Positions 42,046 to 51,512 of a stretch of 64,000 nucleotides of DNA are shown piece by piece. The notes under the pieces were generated by a model. It was not told where the DNA came from. It saw only the letters and a list, made by a program, of their open reading frames with translations, and searched no databases. The number at the start of each line of letters is the position of its first letter. The stretch's first letter is position 1. Both the position numbers and the translations under genes were made by a program. This DNA comes from Candidatus Parasutterella gallistercoris (GTDB lineage Bacteria > Pseudomonadota > Gammaproteobacteria > Burkholderiales > Burkholderiaceae_F), in NCBI GenBank assembly GCA_019113195.1, contig DXHW01000042.1, positions 7,750-71,749 on the forward strand, read 5' to 3'.

Positions 42046-43146
42046 ACTCCTTGCTTGAGGCTGGCCTCGATAAAGGGTTCCAAAGCGCCGTCTAAAACGG
42101 CAGTGGTGTTGCCGGTTTCGACATTGGTACGCAGGTCTTTGACGCGGGACTGGTCCAACACGTAAGAGCGGATCTGATGACCCCAGGAGATATCGCTCTT
42201 GTTGTCTTCCAAGGCCTGCTGAGTAGCCTGCCGCTTACGGAGTTCGGCTTCATAAAGACGGCTCTTCAGAATCGTCATAGCCTCTTCCTTGTTCTGATGC
42301 TGACTTCGGCTGGTCTGGCTGACAGCGACAATGCCGGTCGGAATATGCGTGATACGGACGGCGGAATCAGTCTTCTGAATGTGCTGACCGCCGGCGCCGG
42401 AGGCGCGGAACGTGTCAATACGCAGATCGGCCGGATTGACTTCGACTTCAAAAGAATCGTCGACTTCGGGAACGACGAACACAGAAGCAAAAGAAGTATG
42501 ACGGCGTGCGTTGGAGTCGAACGGGCTCTTGCGAACTAAGCGGTGAATACCGGTCTCGGTTCTGAGCCAGCCGTAGGCATAGTCGCCTGTGATTTTGATC
42601 GTGCAGCCTTTGATACCGGCCACATCGCCTTCGGTTTCTTCAACAATCTCAGGCTTAAAGCCTTGGCGTTCCGCAAACTTGATGTACATACGCTCAAGCA
42701 TGCTGGCCCAGTCCTGCGCTTCGGTTCCGCCGGCGCCGGCCTGAATTTCCAGGAAGCAGTTAGCCTCGTCATGTTCCTGATTGAACATGCGCTGGAATTC
42801 GAGATGTTCGACCTCTTTTTTGAGACTGCTGATATCAGTTTCTACCGCTTCCAAAGAGGCGTCATCGTCCTCTTCTTTGGCCATTTCAAATAATTCCAAA
42901 GCATCGGAAAGGCCGGTAGTAAGGTGTTTGATGGTAAGGACAACGTCTTCAAGACGTTTCTTTTCTTTGCTCAGCTGCTGAGCACGCTCTTGATCAGACC
43001 ATATGCTCGGGTCTTGAAGGGCTTGATTGACTTCTTCTAAACGACGCTCTTTGTGGTCGTAGTCAAAGATACCTCCGCAGCTCTTCCGTGCGAGCTTGAA
43101 GGTCCTCGGCGGTGGTGCCGATTAGGTTTAAACGTTCAACTTCCAT
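42042..43146 (-). CDS. prfB: Peptide chain release factor 2, programmed +1 frameshift (join 43146-43066, 43064-42042)
   Basis: 27-codon first frame ends AGG TAT CTT TGA C with an internal SD GGAGGT; SPF and GGQ motifs downstream. Confidence 0.96.
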
Positions 43147-43278
43147 TTCTTAACGTGTTGATATTAAAAAGAACCCTCAATTATATAAGAGCGGCCCCAA
43201 TCCTTAACCCGATGAGCGGGCGGAAATGGGTCCGTATTCCCTCAATTGTGTAAGTTTGTTTGCACGACTGAAAAGCTC

Positions 43279-44997
43279 TTAAGCCGTCCAGTCCTCAAAC
43301 TCGTCTTCCATGCCTTCAATGATGAGCTGAACCGATTGACGTCCGCGGAAGTCATTGATGTCGAGCTTGTAAGCCAAACGCACGGTCGGAGGCAGCTCGC
43401 GCTTATGCCTGAACCAAATGGCTTGGATTTCTCTGCCGTCAACTTCGAGAGAAAGTTTCAGATGCTGATCTTTCAAGACTCTCTGAGAAAGTACTTTGAA
43501 CTGATTGGCAAAGAGCGGTTCCGGGAAGGCCTGACCCCAGACATGTTTGCGGATGGCTTCAACGAGTTCAATGTTGAAGTCCGAAGCTCTGAGCTCGCCG
43601 TCTGTGACGATGTTGCGTTCGAACATTTCAGGATCGGAAAGCTCTTTAACGGCGCGGGCAAAGAGTTCTTTGAATTCATCAAAAGCATCTTTGCGGATCG
43701 TAAGGCCTGCAGCCATAGCATGACCGCCGAATTTCAGGATCAGCCCCGGCTTGAGCTTGCTGACGCGGTCTAAGGCATCGCGCAGATGAATGCCGGGGAT
43801 AGACCGTCCCGAACCTTTGAGGACGTGTTCACCGTTTTCTTCCGACGGAGCAAAAGCGATCACCGGGCGGTAAGTTTGTTCTTTGATGCGGGAGGCCACT
43901 AAACCGATGATTCCGGCGTGCCAGTCATCGCCCTTAAGGACGATGGAATTGCTGTCATCGACGGAAATTGTCTGCAGGGACAGAATTGCATCGGACTGCA
44001 TGGATACTTCGCGATTGCGGCGCTCGGCATTGATTTGGTCAAGCTCTTTTGCGTAGAAAAGCGCCGTGTTGTAGTCGTAGCTTGTCAGACACTCAACACC
44101 TTTGTTGATGCTGTCCAAACGACCCGCAGCGTTGATGCGGGGTCCGAGAATGTAGCCCAAGTCATTGGCGCAAATGCGGTGAGCATTCTTACCTGCTACG
44201 GAAAGCAGGGCGCTCACGCCCGGCTGCATTTTGCCGGCGCGAATGCTGTCTAAACCTTTGGAAACGAGGATCCGGTTGTTGCGGTCCAGCGGCACAACGT
44301 CGGCAACCGTACCCAAAGCCACCAAATCAATGAGATGCTGGAGATTCGGCTGTTTTCCGTTCGGATAGGCTCCTTTGGCGCGGAGTGCCGAGCGCACGGC
44401 GATCAACACGTAAAAGATGACGCCCACACCGGCTAAAGATTTGCTCGGGAAGGTGTCACCGCGCTGATTCGGGTTGACGACGAGGGTGTCAGGAATTTCA
44501 TCGCCCGGCAAATGGTGATCGGTGACAACTGTCTCGATGCCAAGGGCTTTGGCGTGTTCGACCGCAGCCACCGAAGAAATTCCGTTGTCCACGGTAATGA
44601 TGAACTCGGCGCCGGCAGCCGCAGCTCGATCAACAAGCTGAGGAGACAGACCGTAACCGTCCTTGTCGCGGTCAGGGATTAAATAAGAGACGTTGAAGGC
44701 GCCTAGCGCCTGAAGTCCCAGGATGCCGACGGAAACAGCGGTCGCACCGTCACAGTCATAGTCGCCGATGATCACGATGTTTTTCTGTTTCCAGATTGCA
44801 TCGGCAATGGCTTCTCCGGCTGCTTTGCAGTTTTTAAGATCCCACGGAGAAAGCATCTCCTTGAATTCATAATCAAGGTCGGACGGGCTTGTGACGTGTC
44901 TGGCCGCTAAAGCGCGGGCCAGCGGTTCGGGGAAGCCGCGGTTTGTGAGCGCCTGAACGACATTTCGGTCAAATCGGCGAATCGTTATTTTGGTCAT
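43279..44997 (-). CDS. recJ: ssDNA exonuclease RecJ
   Basis: GDYDCDG, TDHH, GPRINAAGRL and GGHAMAAG motifs. Confidence 0.97.
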   Translation of the reverse strand: MTKITIRRFDRNVVQALTNRGFPEPLARALAARHVTSPSDLDYEFKEMLSPWDLKNCKAAGEAIADAIWKQKNIVIIGDYDCDGATAVSVGILGLQALGAFNVSYLIPDRDKDGYGLSPQLVDRAAAAGAEFIITVDNGISSVAAVEHAKALGIETVVTDHHLPGDEIPDTLVVNPNQRGDTFPSKSLAGVGVIFYVLIAVRSALRAKGAYPNGKQPNLQHLIDLVALGTVADVVPLDRNNRILVSKGLDSIRAGKMQPGVSALLSVAGKNAHRICANDLGYILGPRINAAGRLDSINKGVECLTSYDYNTALFYAKELDQINAERRNREVSMQSDAILSLQTISVDDSNSIVLKGDDWHAGIIGLVASRIKEQTYRPVIAFAPSEENGEHVLKGSGRSIPGIHLRDALDRVSKLKPGLILKFGGHAMAAGLTIRKDAFDEFKELFARAVKELSDPEMFERNIVTDGELRASDFNIELVEAIRKHVWGQAFPEPLFANQFKVLSQRVLKDQHLKLSLEVDGREIQAIWFRHKRELPPTVRLAYKLDINDFRGRQSVQLIIEGMEDEFEDWTA

Positions 44998-45010
44998 AAC
45001 TTTTTTGTTT

Positions 45011-46054
45011 TTAGCGGCCGGAGTTCAGCCATGCTTCGGTGTAGTTTTTAGGACTCTTCCAAAAGGCGAAAGAAGACTTTTGTTCCTGAAGTTTTTCAAT
45101 GACGCTGACGCGCAGACCGTCGGAAGCGACCAAGCGGGGATGATATTTCTCAAATCCTTTTGCCGTGGCCGTGAGATGCTCCATGCGCTCAACGGCGCGT
45201 GTCCAGGCGGCGTGCCAGTGAGCGGGATCTGCTTTGACAGTCGGATCGTTAAACTCGTCGAGGATGCAGAAGCGGTCGCCTTCAGGGCAGTCAGGCCAAG
45301 CGGCCGTCGAAGATTTAATGTAGGCCCGCGCAATGCCCGCCGCCTCGGCGATGCCGCGAATCGTGGGATCGCTTGTCAGAGCACAGCGAATCTGAGTGTA
45401 AGGTAGGAGCTGCTCTTCAAAAGCACCGCCGTTGATCCAAAAACCTTCAACAGGTGGCCGTCCGGCTTTTGCCCGGAATTCATTGAAAGCGCTTTTTGCA
45501 AGGCTATCTTCAATGACTCGAGTGATTTCAGTCCATTCAGCGGCTTGGGGACCGGCAGTCTGCGCCGGTTCTTTGTTTTTCTGAGCAAGCCACGGAGCAA
45601 TCAGAACTTGCCATGCTTTCTTGCGCGCAAGGAAAAAGCGTCCGTCCAAAACCTGCACTTCAAAATCAAATTGACGAGCGACCGGATTCAAAAGATCTCT
45701 CAGATCGCATTCTTCATCGATATCAAAGATGTCGCCGGCGCTTTTAAGCACGCCGTTTTCTATGCGGTAGCCGTTTAGGGCCCAAAATTCCTGATGAACT
45801 TTCGGACCTCCGAGACCCTTCCAGAGATAAGGAGCGGTCGGGGCTAGATTTTCGCGCTGAGTCAGCAGCATCCATACCCACTGCATCGAAGCAAAACCGC
45901 TGAGCGCCGGGTTTTCAAAAATCGTGGCGACCTTCGGTTCTCCGAAACCTTCAAGGAAATTCCGCAAAACGGGCGGATAGGCGTCCTTTCCTAACGCTTT
46001 AATTTCATTAGGAGAAGGCAGTGAATTGGGCAATAAAAATATACATGCGGGCAT
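45011..46054 (-). CDS. Hypothetical protein upstream of recJ (degenerate phosphoglycerate-mutase-like)
   Basis: 347-aa ORF 13 bp above recJ; N..R...G.PPV..FWI.GG motif recalled from this family. Confidence 0.6.
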   Translation of the reverse strand: MPACIFLLPNSLPSPNEIKALGKDAYPPVLRNFLEGFGEPKVATIFENPALSGFASMQWVWMLLTQRENLAPTAPYLWKGLGGPKVHQEFWALNGYRIENGVLKSAGDIFDIDEECDLRDLLNPVARQFDFEVQVLDGRFFLARKKAWQVLIAPWLAQKNKEPAQTAGPQAAEWTEITRVIEDSLAKSAFNEFRAKAGRPPVEGFWINGGAFEEQLLPYTQIRCALTSDPTIRGIAEAAGIARAYIKSSTAAWPDCPEGDRFCILDEFNDPTVKADPAHWHAAWTRAVERMEHLTATAKGFEKYHPRLVASDGLRVSVIEKLQEQKSSFAFWKSPKNYTEAWLNSGR

Positions 46055-46120
46055 AGCCTTAAATTCTAATTGTTTGATCTCACAGCTAGAATAGCCTGAA
46101 CGTTTAGTTGGATAAAATTT

Positions 46121-47395
46121 GTGAAAAATAAACCTTTATCAGGTCTGCCCTTCGAGTGGATGATCGGTCTGCGATACACACTGTCGCGCCGCAAAGGGCG
46201 CAGCGACGGATTCGTATCGTTCATATCAGCCATGTCCATGGCTTCCATCGCCTTGGGCGTCATGGCCCTCATCATAGTCTTATCCGTGATGAACGGTTTC
46301 CAGAAAGAAGTCCGAGACAAGATGCTCTCCGTGCTGTCGCATGCCGAAGTGCTGTCGATCGGAGCTCCGATTCCGGACTGGCAGAAGACTGCCGCAGAGC
46401 TGAAGAAGCAGCAGCCGGAGATCATCGGCGCAGCGCCCTTCTTAAGGGGACAGGGACTGCTGACGAGCGGCACCAACGTGCGCGGCGTCCAGCTAAACGG
46501 CATTGATCCTCAGACAGAATCTCAAGTTAGCGACGTCGCAAAAAACATGAAGATCGGACAGCTGTCCGACTTAAAGCCCGGGGAATTCAAGATCATACTC
46601 GGCACGGACTTAGCCAGGATCCTCGGCGTGATTCCGGGAGAAAAGGTCAACGTGATGGTGCCTCAGGGACAGTTCACGCCGGCCGGAACCATGCCCCGCA
46701 TGCGCCAGTTCACGGTCGCAGGCGTCTTTAATTCCGGCCACTACGAGTTTGACAGCGCAATGAGCTTCATCAATCTCACGGACGCCGAAAAACTCATGCG
46801 TACTCAAACACCTGGAGGCATTCGACTGAAGCTCTCCAACATGCAGGATGCACCGAGAGTCGCCGCTGAACTCAATAATCAAATGCCGCCTGGTCTTTTG
46901 GCAACCGATTGGTCTCGTCAGAATCGGACTTGGTTTGCGGCCGTTCAGGTCGAAAAACGCATGATGGGCATTATTTTGTTCCTCATCGTTTTAGTCGGAG
47001 CCTTCGGTCTTGTTTCTTCCTTGGTGATGACCGTCAACTCTAAACGCAGCGACATCGCAATCCTTCGAACCCAAGGTGCAACGCGCGGCTCAATCATGCG
47101 CATCTTTATGGTTCAGGGCGCTTTCATCGGGACGGCCGGCGTGCTGATCGGTGTGGGCCTCGGTTTGCTCATTGCCTGCAATGTAGGTTCAATCGTGGGT
47201 GCCATCGAGCAGCTCTTCGGTGTCCAGTTCCTGCCCAAAGAAATCTATTTCATCTCCGCAATGCCAAGTGATCCTCGTGCATCCGACGTGATCCCCATTG
47301 CCGTCTTTTCTTTCCTGCTGGCTCTTGCGGCAACCGTCTATCCGAGCTGGAGAGCGGCAAACATTCAACCGGCTGAGGCACTGAGATATGAATAA
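46121..47395 (+). CDS. Lipoprotein-releasing ABC permease LolC/E family
   Basis: IGLRY, VLSVMNGF, DIAILRT.G and PAEALRYE motifs. Confidence 0.93.
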   Translation: MKNKPLSGLPFEWMIGLRYTLSRRKGRSDGFVSFISAMSMASIALGVMALIIVLSVMNGFQKEVRDKMLSVLSHAEVLSIGAPIPDWQKTAAELKKQQPEIIGAAPFLRGQGLLTSGTNVRGVQLNGIDPQTESQVSDVAKNMKIGQLSDLKPGEFKIILGTDLARILGVIPGEKVNVMVPQGQFTPAGTMPRMRQFTVAGVFNSGHYEFDSAMSFINLTDAEKLMRTQTPGGIRLKLSNMQDAPRVAAELNNQMPPGLLATDWSRQNRTWFAAVQVEKRMMGIILFLIVLVGAFGLVSSLVMTVNSKRSDIAILRTQGATRGSIMRIFMVQGAFIGTAGVLIGVGLGLLIACNVGSIVGAIEQLFGVQFLPKEIYFISAMPSDPRASDVIPIAVFSFLLALAATVYPSWRAANIQPAEALRYE

Positions 47396-48077
47396 CAACG
47401 TCGTATTAAAGGCTGTCGGCCTGCAGAAAAGCTATAAAGAGGGCGGCCGACTTTTGCATGTTTTGAAAGACGTCAATCTGGAAGTTCACGAGGGTGAGTC
47501 GGTGGCAATCGTGGGCACGTCCGGCTCCGGAAAAACAACGCTCCTGCAGTGCATCGGCGGTCTGGACCGTTTTGATAAAGGTTTGATCGAAATCGGCGGA
47601 GAAAACATCGCCGAACTCTCCGAGCAGCGTTTAACCGAGCTGCGCAACCGCAGGCTCGGCTTTGTGTATCAGTTCCATCATCTGCTGCCGGAATTTACGG
47701 CCATGGAAAACGTGGCCATGCCGCTCAAAATCCGCCGCGAAAAAGCGTCTGTCGCTCAAAAGAGGGCTGAAAGCCTGCTCAACGCAATGGGACTTGCCGA
47801 TCGCGCCGATCATCTGCCGAGCCAGCTGTCCGGCGGCGAACGTCAGCGTGTCGCTATCGCCCGAGCAGTCAGCGCCTCCCCGCTGTGTCTTTTGGCCGAT
47901 GAGCCTACCGGCAACCTGGACGGCGAGACGGCTGAGGTTGTCATCGACTACCTGCTCAAATTGTCGTCCTCTCAGGGCTTGGCCCTGGTCATTGTGACGC
48001 ATGATCCTGATATTGCCGCGCGATGCGATCGCGTTGTGCGTTTAAAGAACGGCTGCATCTTGCCAGAGGAAAATTAA
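47388..48077 (+). CDS. lolD: Lipoprotein-releasing ABC ATPase LolD
   Basis: GSGKT, GFVYQFHHLL (LolD motif) and LSGGE. Confidence 0.94.
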   Translation: MNNNVVLKAVGLQKSYKEGGRLLHVLKDVNLEVHEGESVAIVGTSGSGKTTLLQCIGGLDRFDKGLIEIGGENIAELSEQRLTELRNRRLGFVYQFHHLLPEFTAMENVAMPLKIRREKASVAQKRAESLLNAMGLADRADHLPSQLSGGERQRVAIARAVSASPLCLLADEPTGNLDGETAEVVIDYLLKLSSSQGLALVIVTHDPDIAARCDRVVRLKNGCILPEEN

Positions 48078-48917
48078 ATGCTTCGCTGGATTGACACCCA
48101 TAACCATCTGTTCGTTCTCTCGGAAGAACAGCAGAAAAAAGAAGTTTGGGAGGCCCGCCGGCTCGGCGTCGTCTCTTCTTTGGTGTGCGCGGGCGGTGTC
48201 GATAATCTGGAAGATGCCCGGCGCTGTGCGTATGAACAAGACCAGGCTTACGCGTGCGGCATTCATCCGCTTTACATCAGATCTTCCTGGAAAGAAGATC
48301 TGACAGCGTTGGAAGCCTTCCTGGAAGAGCATCAAGATGATCCTCGTTTAGCTGCGGTGGGCGAGTGCGGTCTGGATTTTTCTGCTGCCTGCAGCGTTCC
48401 GCATGACGTTCAGGAAGAAGTTTTTTCTGCTCAGTTAAAGTTTGCCCGTAAGTACGGCTTGCCGCTGAGTCTTCACGGCCGTGAAGCGATGGATATCGTC
48501 CTCAAATACATTCGTCGTTTGCCGCCGCAGCTCGGAATCATTCACGCCTTTAACGGAAGCATGGCTCAGGCGCAAGCGTTCCTGCAAAATGGTTTTAAGC
48601 TGGGCTACGGCGGAGCAATGACGTACGACGGCTCGAAACGTATTCGCAAAATCTTGTCCGAGCTTCCTGATGATGCTTGGGTCCTGGAGACGGATTGTCC
48701 GGATATGCCCCCGAGCTGGGTGCGGGAACAAAATCAGGAGAACCCCGAAAGCGCGCTCGCCGATACGGCTCGCTACGGCGCGCTTGCCGCGGAGTTAAGA
48801 AATACGCCTGTGAAAAAAATCTCGGAGCAGAGCATTCAAAACACGCTTAAAGCGATCCCGAAATTCAGAGTGTTAATTTCTGCCTCCCGAGACGAAAAAA
48901 GTCCTTTTGTTTCCTAA
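48078..48917 (+). CDS. TatD family hydrolase
   Basis: DTHNH, GIHP, VGECGLD and ETDCP motifs. Confidence 0.9.
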   Translation: MLRWIDTHNHLFVLSEEQQKKEVWEARRLGVVSSLVCAGGVDNLEDARRCAYEQDQAYACGIHPLYIRSSWKEDLTALEAFLEEHQDDPRLAAVGECGLDFSAACSVPHDVQEEVFSAQLKFARKYGLPLSLHGREAMDIVLKYIRRLPPQLGIIHAFNGSMAQAQAFLQNGFKLGYGGAMTYDGSKRIRKILSELPDDAWVLETDCPDMPPSWVREQNQENPESALADTARYGALAAELRNTPVKKISEQSIQNTLKAIPKFRVLISASRDEKSPFVS

Positions 48918-49058
48918 AAGAAGCCTTTTGCTTGGCTAATATAAAGACTGTCTCGACGATCACGGTCGCCGAGTCGGGAGAATTTGTCCTCATAAATTGC
49001 CAAGGCCGGAAATGACATCCGGGTCTTCGGCAAAAACTCATTCTTTTAGGAAATTAAC

Positions 49059-49640
49059 GTGAAGCGAATTTTAGTGGCTGTCACCGGTCCCGACAGCTTC
49101 GGTGTTGTTTACACAACCTCCGATACTCTGAACAAACTCGGCTGCTCCATTATAGATATGGATCAAACGACGGTGAGAAACGAATACTCCGCCATCATGA
49201 TCGTGGATAAACCGGAGAGTGTTGGCGACGACGAAGTCGCAAAGATTATTAAAGAAGCACTGAAGGGCAAAGGCTTCGATATGTCCGTCCTCGTCCGTGA
49301 TTACGTTCCGGGCGAAGCTACCGTTACCCAAGGTGAACCGTTCGTTCTGACCGTGGACGGTACCGACAGCAGGGATATTCTGACGGCGTTTACCAGAGTG
49401 TTTTATGAAGGCCGCATCAACATCGACAGTTTCAGAACGATTGAAGTAAAACTGGACGATGCCGGCAACCCTCTGCCGCAGCCGCGTGTTCTTCTGGTGT
49501 TTGAAGTCACTGTTCCTCCCGAAGTGGACAGAAAAGCTCTGAGCAGAACTCTTTCCGACATCGCCCACGACCGTCATCTTTCCATGAGCATGCAGCACCG
49601 CCGAATTTTTGAAGCGGTTCATCGTGTGTCTATCGCTTAA
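49059..49640 (+). CDS. Double ACT-domain protein (GcvR-like)
   Basis: V.G.D..G.V ACT start; second ACT domain; C-terminal QHRRIFEAVHRV typical of DUF711 partners. Confidence 0.8.
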   Translation: MKRILVAVTGPDSFGVVYTTSDTLNKLGCSIIDMDQTTVRNEYSAIMIVDKPESVGDDEVAKIIKEALKGKGFDMSVLVRDYVPGEATVTQGEPFVLTVDGTDSRDILTAFTRVFYEGRINIDSFRTIEVKLDDAGNPLPQPRVLLVFEVTVPPEVDRKALSRTLSDIAHDRHLSMSMQHRRIFEAVHRVSIA

Positions 49641-49660
49641 TTCAAAAAGGAATCAATCAA

Positions 49661-51034
49661 ATGCTTACAGAACGCGAGGTCATCTCCACGCTGGATATGC
49701 TCAGAAGCGAACATTTGGATGTTCGTACCGTGACCCTAGGCTTGAACTTATTCGATTGTGCAAGCGATAACTTCGACACTTTCGCTTACCGCGTCCGCTC
49801 CAAAATTAATCGTCATGCCAAGAACCTCGTTGCCATCTGCAACGAAGTCGGCGACCGCTACGGTATTCCCGTTGTCAATAAGCGTATTACGGTCTCTCCG
49901 ATCGGAACCGTCTGTGCCGGATACAGCCGTGACCAGATGGTCAAGGTCTGCAAACTCTTAGACGACTGCGCCACCGACGCCGGCGTCGACTTCTTGGGCG
50001 GCTTCGGCGCCTTGGTCGAAAAAGGCATCACGCCGGGAGAAAGAAACCTGATTGATGCGCTGCCTGAAGCTTTGGCAACCACGAACCACGTTTGCTCTTC
50101 CATCAACGTCGGCCGCACTCGCACCGGTATCAATATGGATGCTGTCAAACTTATGGGCCATAGAGTGCTCGATGTTGCTGCCGCTACCGCAGACCGCGAC
50201 GGTCTCGGCTGCTGCAAACTGGTTGTCTTCTGCAATATTCCGGAAGACGTACCCTTCATGGCCGGCGGCTATCTTGGCGTCGGCGAAGCTGATGCGGTGA
50301 TCAGTGTCGGTGTTTCCGGTCCGGGCGTTGTGAAAAAAGCAATTGACCGCGCCGTTCGCAGAAGGGGCGAGCAGGTCTCGATCACAGAAATTGCTGAAAT
50401 CATTAAGACCACTGCCTTTAAGGTGACGAAGGTCGGTCAGCTGATCGGTACTGAAGTTGCCGAAAAAATGAACCTGCCTTTCGGTGTGGCCGATTTGTCC
50501 TTAGCTCCGACCCCCGAAGTCGGAGACTCCGTCGGTGAAATCTTCCAGAGCGTCGGGTTGTCTTCTATCGGCGCACCCGGCTCTACAGCCGTCCTTGCTA
50601 TGCTGAACGACGCGGTGAAGAAGGGCGGTGTCTTTGCTTCCTCTTCCGTCGGCGGTTTGTCCGGCGCCTTCATTCCCGTGAGTGAAGATGCGGCCATTGC
50701 CGATGCCGCCTCTAAAGGCCTCCTGACACTCGAAAAACTCGAAGCCATGACCTGTGTTTGCTCCGTCGGTCTCGATATGATCGCGATCCCGGGCGACACG
50801 CCGGCTGACGTCATCTCCGCCATCATCGCCGACGAAAGCGCGATCGGTATGATCAACGCTAAGACAACGGCTGTTCGTCTCATCCCTGTTCCCGGCAAGA
50901 CGGTCGGCGAACGTGCCGAATTCGGCGGTTTGCTCGGCGGTGCCGATATTATGGCGGTTCAGAAGGGTTCCGCAGCCGGCTTTATCAATCGCGGCGGACG
51001 CATTCCGGCTCCGATCCACAGTTTCAAGAACTAA
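49661..51034 (+). CDS. DUF711 / UPF0210 (PFL-like) protein
   Basis: LDVRTVTLG, VGGLSGAFIPVSED and LEKLEAMTCVCSVGLDMI motifs. Confidence 0.9.
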   Translation: MLTEREVISTLDMLRSEHLDVRTVTLGLNLFDCASDNFDTFAYRVRSKINRHAKNLVAICNEVGDRYGIPVVNKRITVSPIGTVCAGYSRDQMVKVCKLLDDCATDAGVDFLGGFGALVEKGITPGERNLIDALPEALATTNHVCSSINVGRTRTGINMDAVKLMGHRVLDVAAATADRDGLGCCKLVVFCNIPEDVPFMAGGYLGVGEADAVISVGVSGPGVVKKAIDRAVRRRGEQVSITEIAEIIKTTAFKVTKVGQLIGTEVAEKMNLPFGVADLSLAPTPEVGDSVGEIFQSVGLSSIGAPGSTAVLAMLNDAVKKGGVFASSSVGGLSGAFIPVSEDAAIADAASKGLLTLEKLEAMTCVCSVGLDMIAIPGDTPADVISAIIADESAIGMINAKTTAVRLIPVPGKTVGERAEFGGLLGGADIMAVQKGSAAGFINRGGRIPAPIHSFKN

Positions 51035-51049
51035 CAAAAGGAAACCGCT

Positions 51050-51406
51050 ATGCCCGAGATTAAACGTATCGAGCCCGGACGCCGTTTCAGTGAGGCGGTG
51101 GTCTGTGACGGAGTAGTCTATATCTCCGGACAAGTGGATCTGGCCCGTAACCGGGATCCGAAAGTACAGACGGCAGAAGTGCTCAAAACAATCGATGATC
51201 TGCTTGCAAAAGCCGGATCCGATAAGGAGCATATTCTTCGCTGCACTGTCTACCTTCCGAACATGGGTTACTTTTCCGAAATGAATCAGGCCTGGGAAGA
51301 ATGGGTGAGCAAATCCAATCCTCCGGCCCGATCCGTCCTTGAGTCTGCGCTTCCTGATCCGTCTTGGAAAGTACAGATTTCAACAGTCGCAGTTGTAGTG
51401 GATTAA
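51050..51406 (+). CDS. RidA/YjgF family protein (YoaB-like)
   Basis: R.S.AV, YISGQV, MN..W and PPAR motifs. Confidence 0.88.
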   Translation: MPEIKRIEPGRRFSEAVVCDGVVYISGQVDLARNRDPKVQTAEVLKTIDDLLAKAGSDKEHILRCTVYLPNMGYFSEMNQAWEEWVSKSNPPARSVLESALPDPSWKVQISTVAVVVD

Positions 51407-51512
51407 CGCGCCGAAATTTAGACAAATCAGACAGATTCGGTAAAATTACGCATCCTTTTGTAGAAGGTGGTTTCTGTATCAGGACTGCCTTCTTTTGTTT
51501 AGTGGTAGAAGA

